This document shows positions 21,234-31,204 of a stretch of 64,000 bases of DNA, piece by piece; the stretch's first letter is position 1, and each line of letters opens with the position of its first letter. The notes beneath the pieces are model-generated. The model was not told where the DNA came from and ran no database searches. It saw only the letters and a program-made list of their open reading frames with translations. The translations under genes were made by a program, and so were the position numbers. Location of the stretch: IMG/VR virus record IMGVR_UViG_3300021426_000063, positions 128,001-192,000 of that record; one strand, written 5' to 3'. This DNA comes from a virus (taxonomy: Duplodnaviria > Caudoviricetes).

Positions 21234-21821
21234 TTAATCAATTAAGTTCTTAATAATCACTTGGTCATATGGTTTCATAATACCCCTTCTCATCAAATCT
21301 TCATACTGTTCATCTGTCCACATCTTGAGGTCTTCGGGCCATTCTTCATCAAGAATCTGTTTGAATAGAGGAATATATTTTAGTTTAGCACCATCAGCAA
21401 ATCTTTCATTACCAAGTGCAACTTCTTTTGCTATCCAGGGCCAGGTTCTGTAAAAGTTAACCCATTCTCTGTCAGACCTTTTAAGTGAAGGAACTCTCAC
21501 ATATCTCTGTCTTCTAGCAAGAGATGTGTTCCTGTATTTGGCATCATCTTCTGCAAGAGCTTCCCTAATTGTCTTCTGGTCTTCTGGTGTGATATGTTCC
21601 TTCTTGTATTTCTTCTGGTCATCAGGTACATCATATCTGTAATTTTCTGCCTCAACAATCCAGTATGGAGTTCTCCATTCATCTCTTTCTTTCTGGATTG
21701 CTTTTCTGATGACATTTTCAAGAGAATCTCTCTTTACAAATCTACAATGCACCATTTCCATATCATCATACTTCCTCACATCATTATCTTTATGAGGAAA
21801 TTTAGGTGAATGAAATCTCAT
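21234..21821 (-). CDS. Hypothetical protein
   Basis: 195-aa ORF; start uncertain (see findings). Confidence 0.7.
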   Translation of the reverse strand: MRFHSPKFPHKDNDVRKYDDMEMVHCRFVKRDSLENVIRKAIQKERDEWRTPYWIVEAENYRYDVPDDQKKYKKEHITPEDQKTIREALAEDDAKYRNTSLARRQRYVRVPSLKRSDREWVNFYRTWPWIAKEVALGNERFADGAKLKYIPLFKQILDEEWPEDLKMWTDEQYEDLMRRGIMKPYDQVIIKNLID

Positions 21822-21859
21822 CCATCTTCCTACTGACCTGTGGTTAGGATTTTCATAAT

Positions 21860-22537
21860 TTATTCAGAACTTGCTTCTCTACAATACTTTGAGAGTTTTT
21901 CAAAAGCATCTTTGTATATCTTATTAGCAGTGTTGATTGGAACCTCTAATTCATTGGCAATATCCTTCATTGAATTTTTGTATTTCCATTCAATCCTATC
22001 CTTATCAGGATTTTTAATCTGTTCAGAATACTTGCCAAGATGAAGTTTCATTTCCATTGCAATCCTTCCATTGATGTCAAGTGTTTTCAATCCTTCTTCA
22101 AGAATGGCATCCCGGTTAATCTGAAATGCTGTGTTATCTACTTCCCCCAGTGTATCATAATTGGTTGCATCAATGGGGCAATATTCAATCTTTGATTCTT
22201 CCAATCTTTCCTGTCCCTTCTTGAATCCCTTCAAATGATTTGCAGGGATATGAACCAATGAACATTCTCTGTTAACATAATTCTTCAAATATCCCCTGAG
22301 AGATATTGCTGCAGCCTTCACAAACTTATTATTCTTTGTGGAATCATATTTCTTTTCAAATTTCATCATTGCAAGTACACCTTCATTGATGAGTGATTCA
22401 AAATCTTCACCTGTATTGTTGGCAATATCCTGTGCAACCTTTACCACATAGAGTAAATTCTGTTCTGTCAATGAACCACCATTCTTTTTGGCGATTTCCA
22501 CCGCCTTTCCAATTTCATTATATAATTTACTATCCAT
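21860..22537 (-). CDS. Phage sigma70-family RNA polymerase sigma factor
   Basis: Region 2 NLLYVVKVA...DFESLINEG..AM....KYD....KF; region 4 HTH SMKDIANELEVPINTANKIYKDAFEKL. Confidence 0.85.
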   Translation of the reverse strand: MDSKLYNEIGKAVEIAKKNGGSLTEQNLLYVVKVAQDIANNTGEDFESLINEGVLAMMKFEKKYDSTKNNKFVKAAAISLRGYLKNYVNRECSLVHIPANHLKGFKKGQERLEESKIEYCPIDATNYDTLGEVDNTAFQINRDAILEEGLKTLDINGRIAMEMKLHLGKYSEQIKNPDKDRIEWKYKNSMKDIANELEVPINTANKIYKDAFEKLSKYCREASSE

Positions 22538-22584
22538 ACTATTTAAACTGATTTTACTTGTATAACTGAATCATTATACCATAA

Positions 22585-22616
22585 CAAATATAATGAAACT
22601 TTGTCAAATTTCCAAA
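22585..22616 (-). promoter_or_regulatory. Bacteroidota-type (early) promoter
   Basis: TTTG-N20-TATATTTG matches the Bacteroides -33/-7 consensus TTTG/TAnnTTTG. Confidence 0.75.
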
Positions 22617-22676
22617 TTTATTTGACAAAAATTAAAATGGTTAAAGACACCCTGTTCTCACAAAGTGTCCCAACCA

Positions 22677-23213
22677 TTAGAGTCTATTTTTAAATGTCTC
22701 AATATTCTTCTGAACATCAGTGATATTGACAGGTGAGTACTCCCACTCACTTCCAATACAAGTGATATTGTGTCCTTCAATATCCATTGTATTATTCAGT
22801 CCATGAAAACAATATGTACCTGTAGATTTTCCAACCCAGTCTTCAAGAGGGAAATAAGACAGAACAACATCCAAATCATTCAATGTCAGAATTTGTGCCT
22901 GTTCAAATATAATCCTTGACTTCAACTCAATGTCACTTGATTTTCTTACAGCATCCATCATGGTGTTTAAGAACATCTTTTCATCATTGTTAAAGTAGTT
23001 GGCAAGAAAATGAATCTCTCCATTCAATCTGACAAGGATATGATAAAGATCCCCAATACCAAATCCACCAAGTACATAAACCTTATCATCCTTGTTCACT
23101 GTCTCATTCCAACACTGGATGATATGGTCATTATTATCGACAACATTTGCATTTGGGTCATCCTCCATAAGGCGGTTGAACCAAGTGTCACTAATAGCAA
23201 AAATGCTTGGCAT
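22677..23213 (-). CDS. Calcineurin-like phosphoesterase-fold protein with degenerate active site
   Basis: FAISDTWF, WNETVNKDDKVYVLGGF, IHFLANY, LSYFP, FHG align with the phage phosphoesterase family, but most metal ligands are substituted. Confidence 0.7.
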   Translation of the reverse strand: MPSIFAISDTWFNRLMEDDPNANVVDNNDHIIQCWNETVNKDDKVYVLGGFGIGDLYHILVRLNGEIHFLANYFNNDEKMFLNTMMDAVRKSSDIELKSRIIFEQAQILTLNDLDVVLSYFPLEDWVGKSTGTYCFHGLNNTMDIEGHNITCIGSEWEYSPVNITDVQKNIETFKNRL

Positions 23214-23228
23214 ATTTTTTTGATTAAA

Positions 23229-23254
23229 GGTGGTGGGAAGAATTTCCCACCACC
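23229..23254 (-). terminator. Hairpin after gp32 (terminator or processing site)
   Basis: GGTGGTGGGAA-gaat-TTCCCACCACC. Confidence 0.7.
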
Positions 23255-23266
23255 AGGTTAAAGAAA

Positions 23267-24343
23267 TTAACTATTCAGTACACTGTTGATCCAGTCATCA
23301 TCATCTGTGGAAACAGGTGTTTCATTTGCTGGAATCTCTGGACTTCCTGTTGTACCACCACTTGTGAAATCAGGCATATCCTCATCCTCTGCAAGAGCAG
23401 AAGGAGCTGCTGGTTCAACTGGCTTGTTAGTAGTTGTGGTAGCAGCATTGACTGCTTCCTTGGCTGCTGCTGCGGTAGTACGGGGAGCAGAGTAACCAGA
23501 GGTGTAGGTTGCAAGGTTTGCATTCACCTTCTCTGTGGTTTCAGAATCCCACTCCTTCCAGAAGTAGTCCTTAATCTTTGGTGCATCCTTCTCCAACCAG
23601 TTGAAGAAAGCCTTCTGGGAATCCCTATCATCTGCTGAAAGGGTCATCTTTACCTTCTCTTCACCACCATTATCAACATAGAAATGAATAGGTGCAGTCT
23701 TCTCAATGAAACGACAAGCATCATAGTTGGCAACTGCCTTCCTGTTGTTGTCCATCTTCTTGGAAGCATCCTTGGTCATATTAATCTCAAAGAGACGACC
23801 ATCATAAAGAGCAAAAGGATTGAATCCATCAGTGAACTCTGTGCTCTTCATAGCATTCTCAAGCTTGTCATTGATCTTCTGACCAAACTGATAGATGAAG
23901 ATCTTACCATCATATTCAGGGTGCTGAACATCCTTTACTACCTCAATAAGAGCATAGTACTGCTGGTAAACCTGGATTTTCTTGGAATTTTCTTTGTCGA
24001 TTGCGCTGTCACTTGTGTAGAGCTTATAAGAAAGGGCTCTCATAGGACATTTCTTGTTGTCTGTCTTTGGTGAGACTACAAAGATACCATTCTCACCATT
24101 CACATCTTTAAGGAAGCATTCCCAACGACAGACAGTTGTACGCCACTTTCCTTCATGGAAGAAAGGAATGAACCTTACAAGTGCACGATAATTTTGGTCA
24201 GTACACTTCTCATCATTGATGGATGGTTTGTAGAGATCAGCTCTGCCAGAAAAACTGGAAGTGTTGTTGGTCTCGGTTGCTGCAAGAGCATCTGCTGCTG
24301 AAAAATTTCCAAACAGCTCATTGAAATTTACTTCATTTGCCAT
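23267..24343 (-). CDS. T4 gp32-like single-stranded DNA-binding protein
   Basis: ALVRFIP, KCP, YYA...VVKD..HPE.DGKIFIYQFG.KI.DK, FNPF...G..F, NYD...F and acidic tail DDDDWINSVLNS. Confidence 0.88.
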   Translation of the reverse strand: MANEVNFNELFGNFSAADALAATETNNTSSFSGRADLYKPSINDEKCTDQNYRALVRFIPFFHEGKWRTTVCRWECFLKDVNGENGIFVVSPKTDNKKCPMRALSYKLYTSDSAIDKENSKKIQVYQQYYALIEVVKDVQHPEYDGKIFIYQFGQKINDKLENAMKSTEFTDGFNPFALYDGRLFEINMTKDASKKMDNNRKAVANYDACRFIEKTAPIHFYVDNGGEEKVKMTLSADDRDSQKAFFNWLEKDAPKIKDYFWKEWDSETTEKVNANLATYTSGYSAPRTTAAAAKEAVNAATTTTNKPVEPAAPSALAEDEDMPDFTSGGTTGSPEIPANETPVSTDDDDWINSVLNS

Positions 24344-24444
24344 AACTTAAAACTATTAAAACTTATATTAACTGTGTCCAACTGGACAACATTTCAACTA
24401 TTACAAACTAAATATAACAAAAAATAATCAGAAATGCACAGAAA

Positions 24445-25221
24445 TTATTCTTGAACATCTAATTCAAGATTCTTTAATGCATTTGCCATCTCTTCTTCTG
24501 TGTAGTTCTTACCTGTTGTAGAATTAACACCTGTAACAATCTTATAATTAGTACCTGTACCAATTACAGTACCAGTATATTCTGCACCACTCTGATATTC
24601 TGCCAACTTGGATTCTATCTCATTGTATTCAACATACATCTTATCATAACTATCCTGAAGTGCAGCAAGTTGTGCAGCAAGGTCTGCATTCTGTTCCATC
24701 AACTTCACATTTGATTCCTGGAGACTCTTGATTTGTGCATCCCTGTCATCAAGAGCAGTCATCAAGGTCTTTACCTGTGATGTGTAGTTCTCAACAGTAT
24801 TTGATGTCTCATCCTTCCACTGTCCAGTATATAATACCTCTTCATCAGAAGAAACTACCTTCTTACCAGTAGAATCTGTCACATCATATACTCTGGTGAT
24901 ATAAAACACCTTTGTATCCATAGCAAGAATGTCTATGGCCTGCTTCTTGGCAATCTTGAACAATACCTGACCATTAACCTTGTCAACAGTATAATTACTG
25001 TCAACTAAATCATATTCAGGTATCCTGATTTCCTTTTTCTTTGACTTGAAGACAAGATAAATTTTTTGGCCATTTGAAAGGTCAATAGGTTTGCGATCAT
25101 CGCTTCGCCAATCTTCATATAATGTAAACATCCTGAAATTATCAAAAGGATTCAATTTAAGACAAATATCACCCTTTCCATAAACAGTACTGTTTGTATT
25201 TCCATTTACTGAAACTGCCAT
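24445..25221 (-). CDS. Hypothetical (probable virion) protein with coiled coil
   Basis: 258-aa ORF downstream of a late-promoter gene. Confidence 0.7.
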   Translation of the reverse strand: MAVSVNGNTNSTVYGKGDICLKLNPFDNFRMFTLYEDWRSDDRKPIDLSNGQKIYLVFKSKKKEIRIPEYDLVDSNYTVDKVNGQVLFKIAKKQAIDILAMDTKVFYITRVYDVTDSTGKKVVSSDEEVLYTGQWKDETSNTVENYTSQVKTLMTALDDRDAQIKSLQESNVKLMEQNADLAAQLAALQDSYDKMYVEYNEIESKLAEYQSGAEYTGTVIGTGTNYKIVTGVNSTTGKNYTEEEMANALKNLELDVQE

Positions 25222-25227
25222 AGTTTA

Positions 25228-27150
25228 TTACTTGATTAAGTATATGAATTTCTTTTCACCATTATTACTAACACTCACACATATAACCTCTATAAGATTA
25301 TGTCCTTCAAACTCTGATCCAAGGATAGGAATGGTTACACCACTTGTAGGTATAATTATAACACCCTTTGTTGATTTGAATCCTTCATCAAAATTCAATG
25401 CACCCTCTTCACTTACAAATAACAATTTCAATGACTGACCAAGTTCCCATTCATAATTATTGGTTTCTTCATCAATGTTAATTCTAACATCTGTTGTACT
25501 GTCACCAATATCATTAATATGTATTACTGCAAAATTCTCACCAGGTTTCAAAGGAATCCTACATACCTTTAATTCTGCTGTTGAATCAATAGGATTATCT
25601 TCTGTGATTTCCTCATCATTGGTACTCAAACCATTATACACAGTATTGATAGAATACTTCTGTTCTGCATTGATGACAACCTTGTTCTTACTCTTTTCAA
25701 GACCAATACCGGAACCAGGTTGAAGAACATCAGTATCAAACTGAAGTTTAAGATCCTTTCCACCATTCATAATAGTATCCAGTCTCTTGGTATTCTTGTC
25801 TATCAATCCAAGGATAGTAGATGTGTCAATGATTGCATTACCATCACAGAGATCATACAATCTATTAATATCTTCCTTTATTGCATTTACAGAATCAATA
25901 CCCATAACAGCATTTTCAAGTGCATCAACCCTGCCAGATAACTTCACAATCTCTGTCCTCAATGTATAGAAGATGTCTATACAATTCTGAAGTTTCTCCA
26001 TTGACCTCATATAAAGATTCATTGATGTTGTACTTTCAGAACCTGGTACCTCATTGTTAGTGTAATCAGCATCACCAAGAGTATCTATCTTCAAATCCAA
26101 CTTCAATGCATAACTGTTACCATTACCATAAACAGTCTCCTTCTTCTTTGGGTATCTCTGTATGAAGATTCTATTATTGATTTCTTTTACATTATCAAGG
26201 AAAAGAACACCATAAAGGTTTGTGGCAACCCTCTTTACATTGGATGTTTCTGTCTTCTCATATATATCATAATAAATGAGTACAGTATTGAACTCAAAAT
26301 CTTCAACACTCTTGGCATTCATATTATTGATACCTTCACCACCATCGTAACTTGAATCCCTGAAATCAATTGTGTGACCAATGTCACCTTTATATACATT
26401 AGCAGCGGTATCAATGTCTGTGAACATCTTTCTGGTTAAACCATATTTGGTATTATCACCAACATTACCTTCTGGTCTGTCTTCGCTTCCAATGATATAT
26501 TCACCTGTGTTCTGACCAAGTGGATAATTCTTGTTAAGATAGTTCTTGGTATCAGTCATCTCACCTGTTCTGAAAATAACAGATGTGCTTGCACCAACTG
26601 AACTAGGAATGTGTATATAAATTTCTTCAAAAACATCACCATTCACCTCTGCAACATTCATCACATCAATGTTACCAATATACTGAACAGTCCTATCATA
26701 TAATTCATCATACAACTCTGCTGTGTGACTCTCATTGAACTTAATAGCGCCAACCTTCTGTAACCAATTCCAGAATATCTTTTCAGAAACAGTTGTAAGA
26801 ATATCAGGATCATAATCATCATTATCTCCTTCACCATTAAGGATGGCTGTTTCAAAGTTCATAATATAGTTCTGGAAGTTCTCTGAAATAGAATTGTTTG
26901 CACTTGTTGCATCCAATTCATCTTCTCCCCATTGACCCATCAATGATGTTATATAAAGTCCTTTCTCATCACCATCAGTATAAACACCATTACATACATC
27001 AGGTATGTTCAGACATGCAAAATGACTGAACTTGAAATCATAATCACTACTTGCAAATGTTTTTGTTAAATCAATACTTACAGAAGGAAATACATAAAGT
27101 GTTCCACCATCTGTATTGAATTTTTTCAAATATGGTGTTTTAAGTTTCAT
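25228..27150 (-). CDS. Hypothetical structural protein
   Basis: 640-aa ORF, CATAAATA at 27175-27182; beta-rich with a central coiled coil. Confidence 0.7.
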   Translation of the reverse strand: MKLKTPYLKKFNTDGGTLYVFPSVSIDLTKTFASSDYDFKFSHFACLNIPDVCNGVYTDGDEKGLYITSLMGQWGEDELDATSANNSISENFQNYIMNFETAILNGEGDNDDYDPDILTTVSEKIFWNWLQKVGAIKFNESHTAELYDELYDRTVQYIGNIDVMNVAEVNGDVFEEIYIHIPSSVGASTSVIFRTGEMTDTKNYLNKNYPLGQNTGEYIIGSEDRPEGNVGDNTKYGLTRKMFTDIDTAANVYKGDIGHTIDFRDSSYDGGEGINNMNAKSVEDFEFNTVLIYYDIYEKTETSNVKRVATNLYGVLFLDNVKEINNRIFIQRYPKKKETVYGNGNSYALKLDLKIDTLGDADYTNNEVPGSESTTSMNLYMRSMEKLQNCIDIFYTLRTEIVKLSGRVDALENAVMGIDSVNAIKEDINRLYDLCDGNAIIDTSTILGLIDKNTKRLDTIMNGGKDLKLQFDTDVLQPGSGIGLEKSKNKVVINAEQKYSINTVYNGLSTNDEEITEDNPIDSTAELKVCRIPLKPGENFAVIHINDIGDSTTDVRINIDEETNNYEWELGQSLKLLFVSEEGALNFDEGFKSTKGVIIIPTSGVTIPILGSEFEGHNLIEVICVSVSNNGEKKFIYLIK

Positions 27151-27192
27151 ATTCTAATTTACCTATATATAAGTTATTTATGGAAAAAAGAA

Positions 27193-27220
27193 AGGAGAGT
27201 GGTATTCACTCTCCTCTTTT
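27193..27220. terminator. Intrinsic terminator after dnaK
   Basis: AGGAGAGTG-gtatt-CACTCTCCT flanked by A and T runs. Confidence 0.75.
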
Positions 27221-29056
27221 TTATTGTGGATTTCCTTCTCCTTGTGGTTGTTCACCTGTATTCTTATACAGTTCCTCTGAAATCTTATACCAGGATTGAG
27301 CAAGGATTTCCATACAAGACTTACAAGCATCAACATCCTTCTGTTCATAAGCATCCTTCAATGCTGTGAGACCATTCTCAAGTTCAGATTTCTGTTCATT
27401 TGTAATTTTGTCTCCATACTCTTCAATCTGTTTCTCTGTTCTGAAGATTGTTCCTTCCGCTGCATTGAGAGTCTGAACCCTTTCAAGTTCCTTCTTGTCG
27501 GCCTCAGCATTTGCTTCAGCTTCCTTTTTCATCCTCTCAATCTCTGCATCACTCAAACCAGAACTACCTTCAATCCTGATTGACTGCTGTTTGCCTGTAC
27601 CCTTATCCTTTGCAGATACAGAAAGGATACCATTGGCATCAATATCAAAGGTAACTTCGATCTGAGGAACACCCTTCCTGGCAGGAACAATACCATCAAG
27701 ATGGAAGATACCAAGCTGCTTGTTATCCTTTGCCATTGGTCTTTCACCCTGGAGAACTCTGACCTCAACACTTGGTTGATTATCAGCAGCAGTGGTGAAC
27801 ACCTCTGTCTTTGTAACAGGAATGGTTGTATTAGCTTCAATGAGCTTGGTAAACACACCACCAAGAGTCTCAATACCAAGAGATAGTGGAGTAACATCCA
27901 AAAGAAGAATGTCATTCATACCTTTCTCACCAGCAAGGATAGCTCCCTGAATGGCAGCACCAGTTGCAACAGCCTCATCAGGATTGACAGACTTATTAGG
28001 AGTCTTACCAAAGATTTTTGCAATTGCATCCTGTACAGCAGGAATCCTGGTGGATCCACCAACAAGAATGACCTCATCAACCTCTGATGTCTTTACCTTT
28101 GACTTCTTCACACAAGAATTACACTTGTCAACAATCCTCTTGATAAGAGAATCAGACATCTGTTCAAACTTTGCCCTGGTCAATGTCTTCACAAGATGGA
28201 TAGGTTTGTTATCAACATTTGCAATATAAGGAAGATTGATGTCAGTACTTGTAGAAGTAGAGAGTTCAATTTTGGCCTTTTCTGCATCAGCCTTCAATCT
28301 CTGCATTGCCATAGGATCACCAGTAAGGTCAACACCATAATCTGCCTTTGCTTCACTTACCAACCAGTCAATGATGACCTGGTCAAAATCATCACCACCA
28401 AGATGTGTATCACCATCAGTAGCCTTTACCTCAAAGACACCATCAGCAATCTCCAACATAGTGAAGTCAGAAGTACCACAACCAATATCAGTCACAATGA
28501 TCTTCTGTTCTTTCTCTGTGTTGATACCATAAGCAAGAGCAGCTGCAGTTGGTTCATTGATAACCCTGACCACATTAAGACCAGCAATCTCGCCGGCATT
28601 CTTAACAGCCTGTCTTGCTGTGTCATCATAATAAGCCGGACAGGTGATGACAGCATCCTTCACTTCCTCACCAAGATAATCCTCTGCAATCTTCTTCATC
28701 TTCTGAAGAATCATAGCAGACAATTCCTCCGGTGAATAGAGTTTACCATTGATATCAACACGGGGCATATCATTTGGACCCTGTACAACCTTGTACTGTG
28801 CCCTCTTGACCTCATCTGTTACATTACTATACTTCTCACCCATAAACCTTTTGATGAATGATACAGTCTCCTGTGGCAACATAATTGCCTGTCTCTTGGC
28901 TGCATCACCAACCTTGATTTCATCCTTTGAGAATGAGATGACAGAAGGTGTAGTTGCCTTACCTTCTGAATTGATAATTACTTTTGGCTGGCCTCCCTCC
29001 ATTACAGCAACACAGGAAAAACCAGTACCTAAATCAATACCTACAATTTTACCCAT
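27221..29056 (-). CDS. dnaK: Molecular chaperone DnaK (Hsp70)
   Basis: [79 protein letters not shown]. Confidence 0.97.
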   Translation of the reverse strand: MGKIVGIDLGTGFSCVAVMEGGQPKVIINSEGKATTPSVISFSKDEIKVGDAAKRQAIMLPQETVSFIKRFMGEKYSNVTDEVKRAQYKVVQGPNDMPRVDINGKLYSPEELSAMILQKMKKIAEDYLGEEVKDAVITCPAYYDDTARQAVKNAGEIAGLNVVRVINEPTAAALAYGINTEKEQKIIVTDIGCGTSDFTMLEIADGVFEVKATDGDTHLGGDDFDQVIIDWLVSEAKADYGVDLTGDPMAMQRLKADAEKAKIELSTSTSTDINLPYIANVDNKPIHLVKTLTRAKFEQMSDSLIKRIVDKCNSCVKKSKVKTSEVDEVILVGGSTRIPAVQDAIAKIFGKTPNKSVNPDEAVATGAAIQGAILAGEKGMNDILLLDVTPLSLGIETLGGVFTKLIEANTTIPVTKTEVFTTAADNQPSVEVRVLQGERPMAKDNKQLGIFHLDGIVPARKGVPQIEVTFDIDANGILSVSAKDKGTGKQQSIRIEGSSGLSDAEIERMKKEAEANAEADKKELERVQTLNAAEGTIFRTEKQIEEYGDKITNEQKSELENGLTALKDAYEQKDVDACKSCMEILAQSWYKISEELYKNTGEQPQGEGNPQ

Positions 29057-29153
29057 AACTTAATTAAACTTTTTTATTTTTATAACTCTTAAGTCTCCAT
29101 ACAGATGAAGACTTGCAGTTTTTGTCAACTATAAATATAACAAAAAGTGAAGA

Positions 29154-29849
29154 CTATTCCTCTTCACTTTTTTCTTTTTTATCTTTGTCCTTATCTTTAT
29201 CCTTTTCTTTTTCTTCCTTTTCTGGTTCTTCTTCAGATTTTTCTTTCTCTTTATCCTTGTGTTTAATCTTTTCTATCTTCTCATCATCCTCTTTCCTTTC
29301 CTTCTTCTCATCCTCTGATTCATCATAGATAGGACTCTTGTACTCATGTTCTTCCTCATCCTCTGATTCTTTCTTCTTTGAAACAGATTTCTTTACTTCT
29401 TCCTCCTTCTCTTCTTCCTTCTCAATAGGTTTTGTCTTCTTTATTTCTTCATCCTCATCTTCTGTCTTGACAGGTTTTGATACTGGTTTAGAAACAGATT
29501 TTGTTGCTTTAGGAGTAGCAGATGGATCAACAGGCTTGATATTAAGAATCTTGATGAATGAATATGACCTGAAACTTCTCCACCCTTCCTTATCCAAATC
29601 ATAGTAAACCATCTGTTTCTCTGGTCTTGGACCACCACCCTTCAATGGTGGAAGATAATCTGGATGAAGAGTACCATGTGCAGTTCTTATTTCTCCATTT
29701 CTTTTCTTGAACTTGAATGTAATGATATTATCACGGAGTTCTCTTCTCATCCTTTTCCTGGCTGGCATATTGAGAACACCATGTACATCCTTCTTGAGTT
29801 TCTTCAAGCTGGATTCATTAATAATATAACTTCCAAAATCTAATATCAT
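29154..29849 (-). CDS. WYL_2/DUF2693-like SH3-barrel protein with long charged tail
   Basis: F.FKK.NGEIR.A.GTL...YYDLDKEGWRSF; K/E/D-rich C-terminus. Confidence 0.75.
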   Translation of the reverse strand: MILDFGSYIINESSLKKLKKDVHGVLNMPARKRMRRELRDNIITFKFKKRNGEIRTAHGTLHPDYLPPLKGGGPRPEKQMVYYDLDKEGWRSFRSYSFIKILNIKPVDPSATPKATKSVSKPVSKPVKTEDEDEEIKKTKPIEKEEEKEEEVKKSVSKKKESEDEEEHEYKSPIYDESEDEKKERKEDDEKIEKIKHKDKEKEKSEEEPEKEEKEKDKDKDKDKKEKSEEE

Positions 29850-29850
29850 A

Positions 29851-31158
29851 TTATCTTGTTCTGTATATATAATATGTGATATAATCTATTCTCTCTTCCC
29901 TTTCCACATTATCATATCCGGCAATAATTGATTCTGGACCATCTGATTCTATAATCTTTTCTGCAAGTTTCCTTTTATCAATATATGATTCTATACCATC
30001 ATATCCAAAATTAGAAATGTATTCATCAATATAGTCATTAATGTTATCTATATATTTTTCAACATATGCATCTTTATAATCATTATAATCAAACTTCGGT
30101 TGTGAATGGTCTATATCTCCATCCTCATCAACTTCAAAATAATCTTCTGTATCCTCAATAATTTTCCTCCTTATCAACTCATCAATGGCATCATCCTCAT
30201 CTAAATCATCATAATAAGATTCCTGACTCTCCTTAAGGTCTTCCTTTATTTGATTTTCATCAAGGAAGTCGTCACCAAGTACTCTCCTATATCTCTCAAC
30301 ACCTTCCTTTGTGAAAACTTCAGAATCAAGAAAATCCTCCTCATATTCTTTAGCATCTTCTATTGCCCAGTCTCTATCCTCATAAACTGAAAATTCACAC
30401 CATTGATTTAGGTTGAAATCAACAGAATGATTCTTAACTTTTACATTAAGTCCATTAAGATAATCATTATCCCATTCATCTTGGTTCATAATAGCTCTCA
30501 ATGAACCAAAATCATTGATACTTCTAATTGTAGAATCTGCCTCAAAACATCTCACCATATTTACAGGATCTTCTAAATCTTCATCATACTTATAATAAAC
30601 ATCTGTCTTACCATCTGATATGACTGAAACATAAGTAGGTTCATCTCCAGATTCATTAAAGATATAAATATTACTACCATCAAAATCAACAAGATCACCA
30701 TCTGCAAATGCTTCATTTGAAAGTATAAGTCTTGTTCCATCTTCAAGTGTACCAATTATTCTTCCTTCATCACTTCTTATCTGTTCACCAGAACCTCTTC
30801 TCATCATATCACCCCAGGCAGATTCTCCAATAAAATCAGTACAACTCTTTATCACATTCTCTTTCATTACATATCCTTTCAGGAAGTAATGGAAATCAGA
30901 ATACTTATTGTATCTACCAAGAAGTCTTATGACCCTGTCTGAAATAATCCTGGCATCCCTCATATCATAAAGATTGAGTTTATCATTATCAAAACTTCCA
31001 AAGAGTTTAGTAATAGTCTCATTCCTTTCAATGATATACTTGATATTGTTTTTCTTGTCATCAACAATCAATCCACCACCTTGTGATTGAGCAAAATAAA
31101 TATCTTCATTCTTCTTTGGTCTCATTGTACCAGTCTTATGGTCAAATTCAAATTTCAT
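29851..31158 (-). CDS. Hypothetical acidic protein
   Basis: Start re-called at ATG 31158 (MKFEFDHK) downstream of CATAAATA 31178-31185. Confidence 0.7.
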   Translation of the reverse strand: MKFEFDHKTGTMRPKKNEDIYFAQSQGGGLIVDDKKNNIKYIIERNETITKLFGSFDNDKLNLYDMRDARIISDRVIRLLGRYNKYSDFHYFLKGYVMKENVIKSCTDFIGESAWGDMMRRGSGEQIRSDEGRIIGTLEDGTRLILSNEAFADGDLVDFDGSNIYIFNESGDEPTYVSVISDGKTDVYYKYDEDLEDPVNMVRCFEADSTIRSINDFGSLRAIMNQDEWDNDYLNGLNVKVKNHSVDFNLNQWCEFSVYEDRDWAIEDAKEYEEDFLDSEVFTKEGVERYRRVLGDDFLDENQIKEDLKESQESYYDDLDEDDAIDELIRRKIIEDTEDYFEVDEDGDIDHSQPKFDYNDYKDAYVEKYIDNINDYIDEYISNFGYDGIESYIDKRKLAEKIIESDGPESIIAGYDNVEREERIDYITYYIYRTR

Positions 31159-31177
31159 AATAAAAAACTTTATAGAA

Positions 31178-31199
31178 TATTTATGACTACACATAAATA
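31178..31199. promoter_or_regulatory. Back-to-back divergent late promoters
   Basis: TATTTATG-actaca-CATAAATA between divergent genes. Confidence 0.7.
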
Positions 31200-31204
31200 A
31201 TAAT

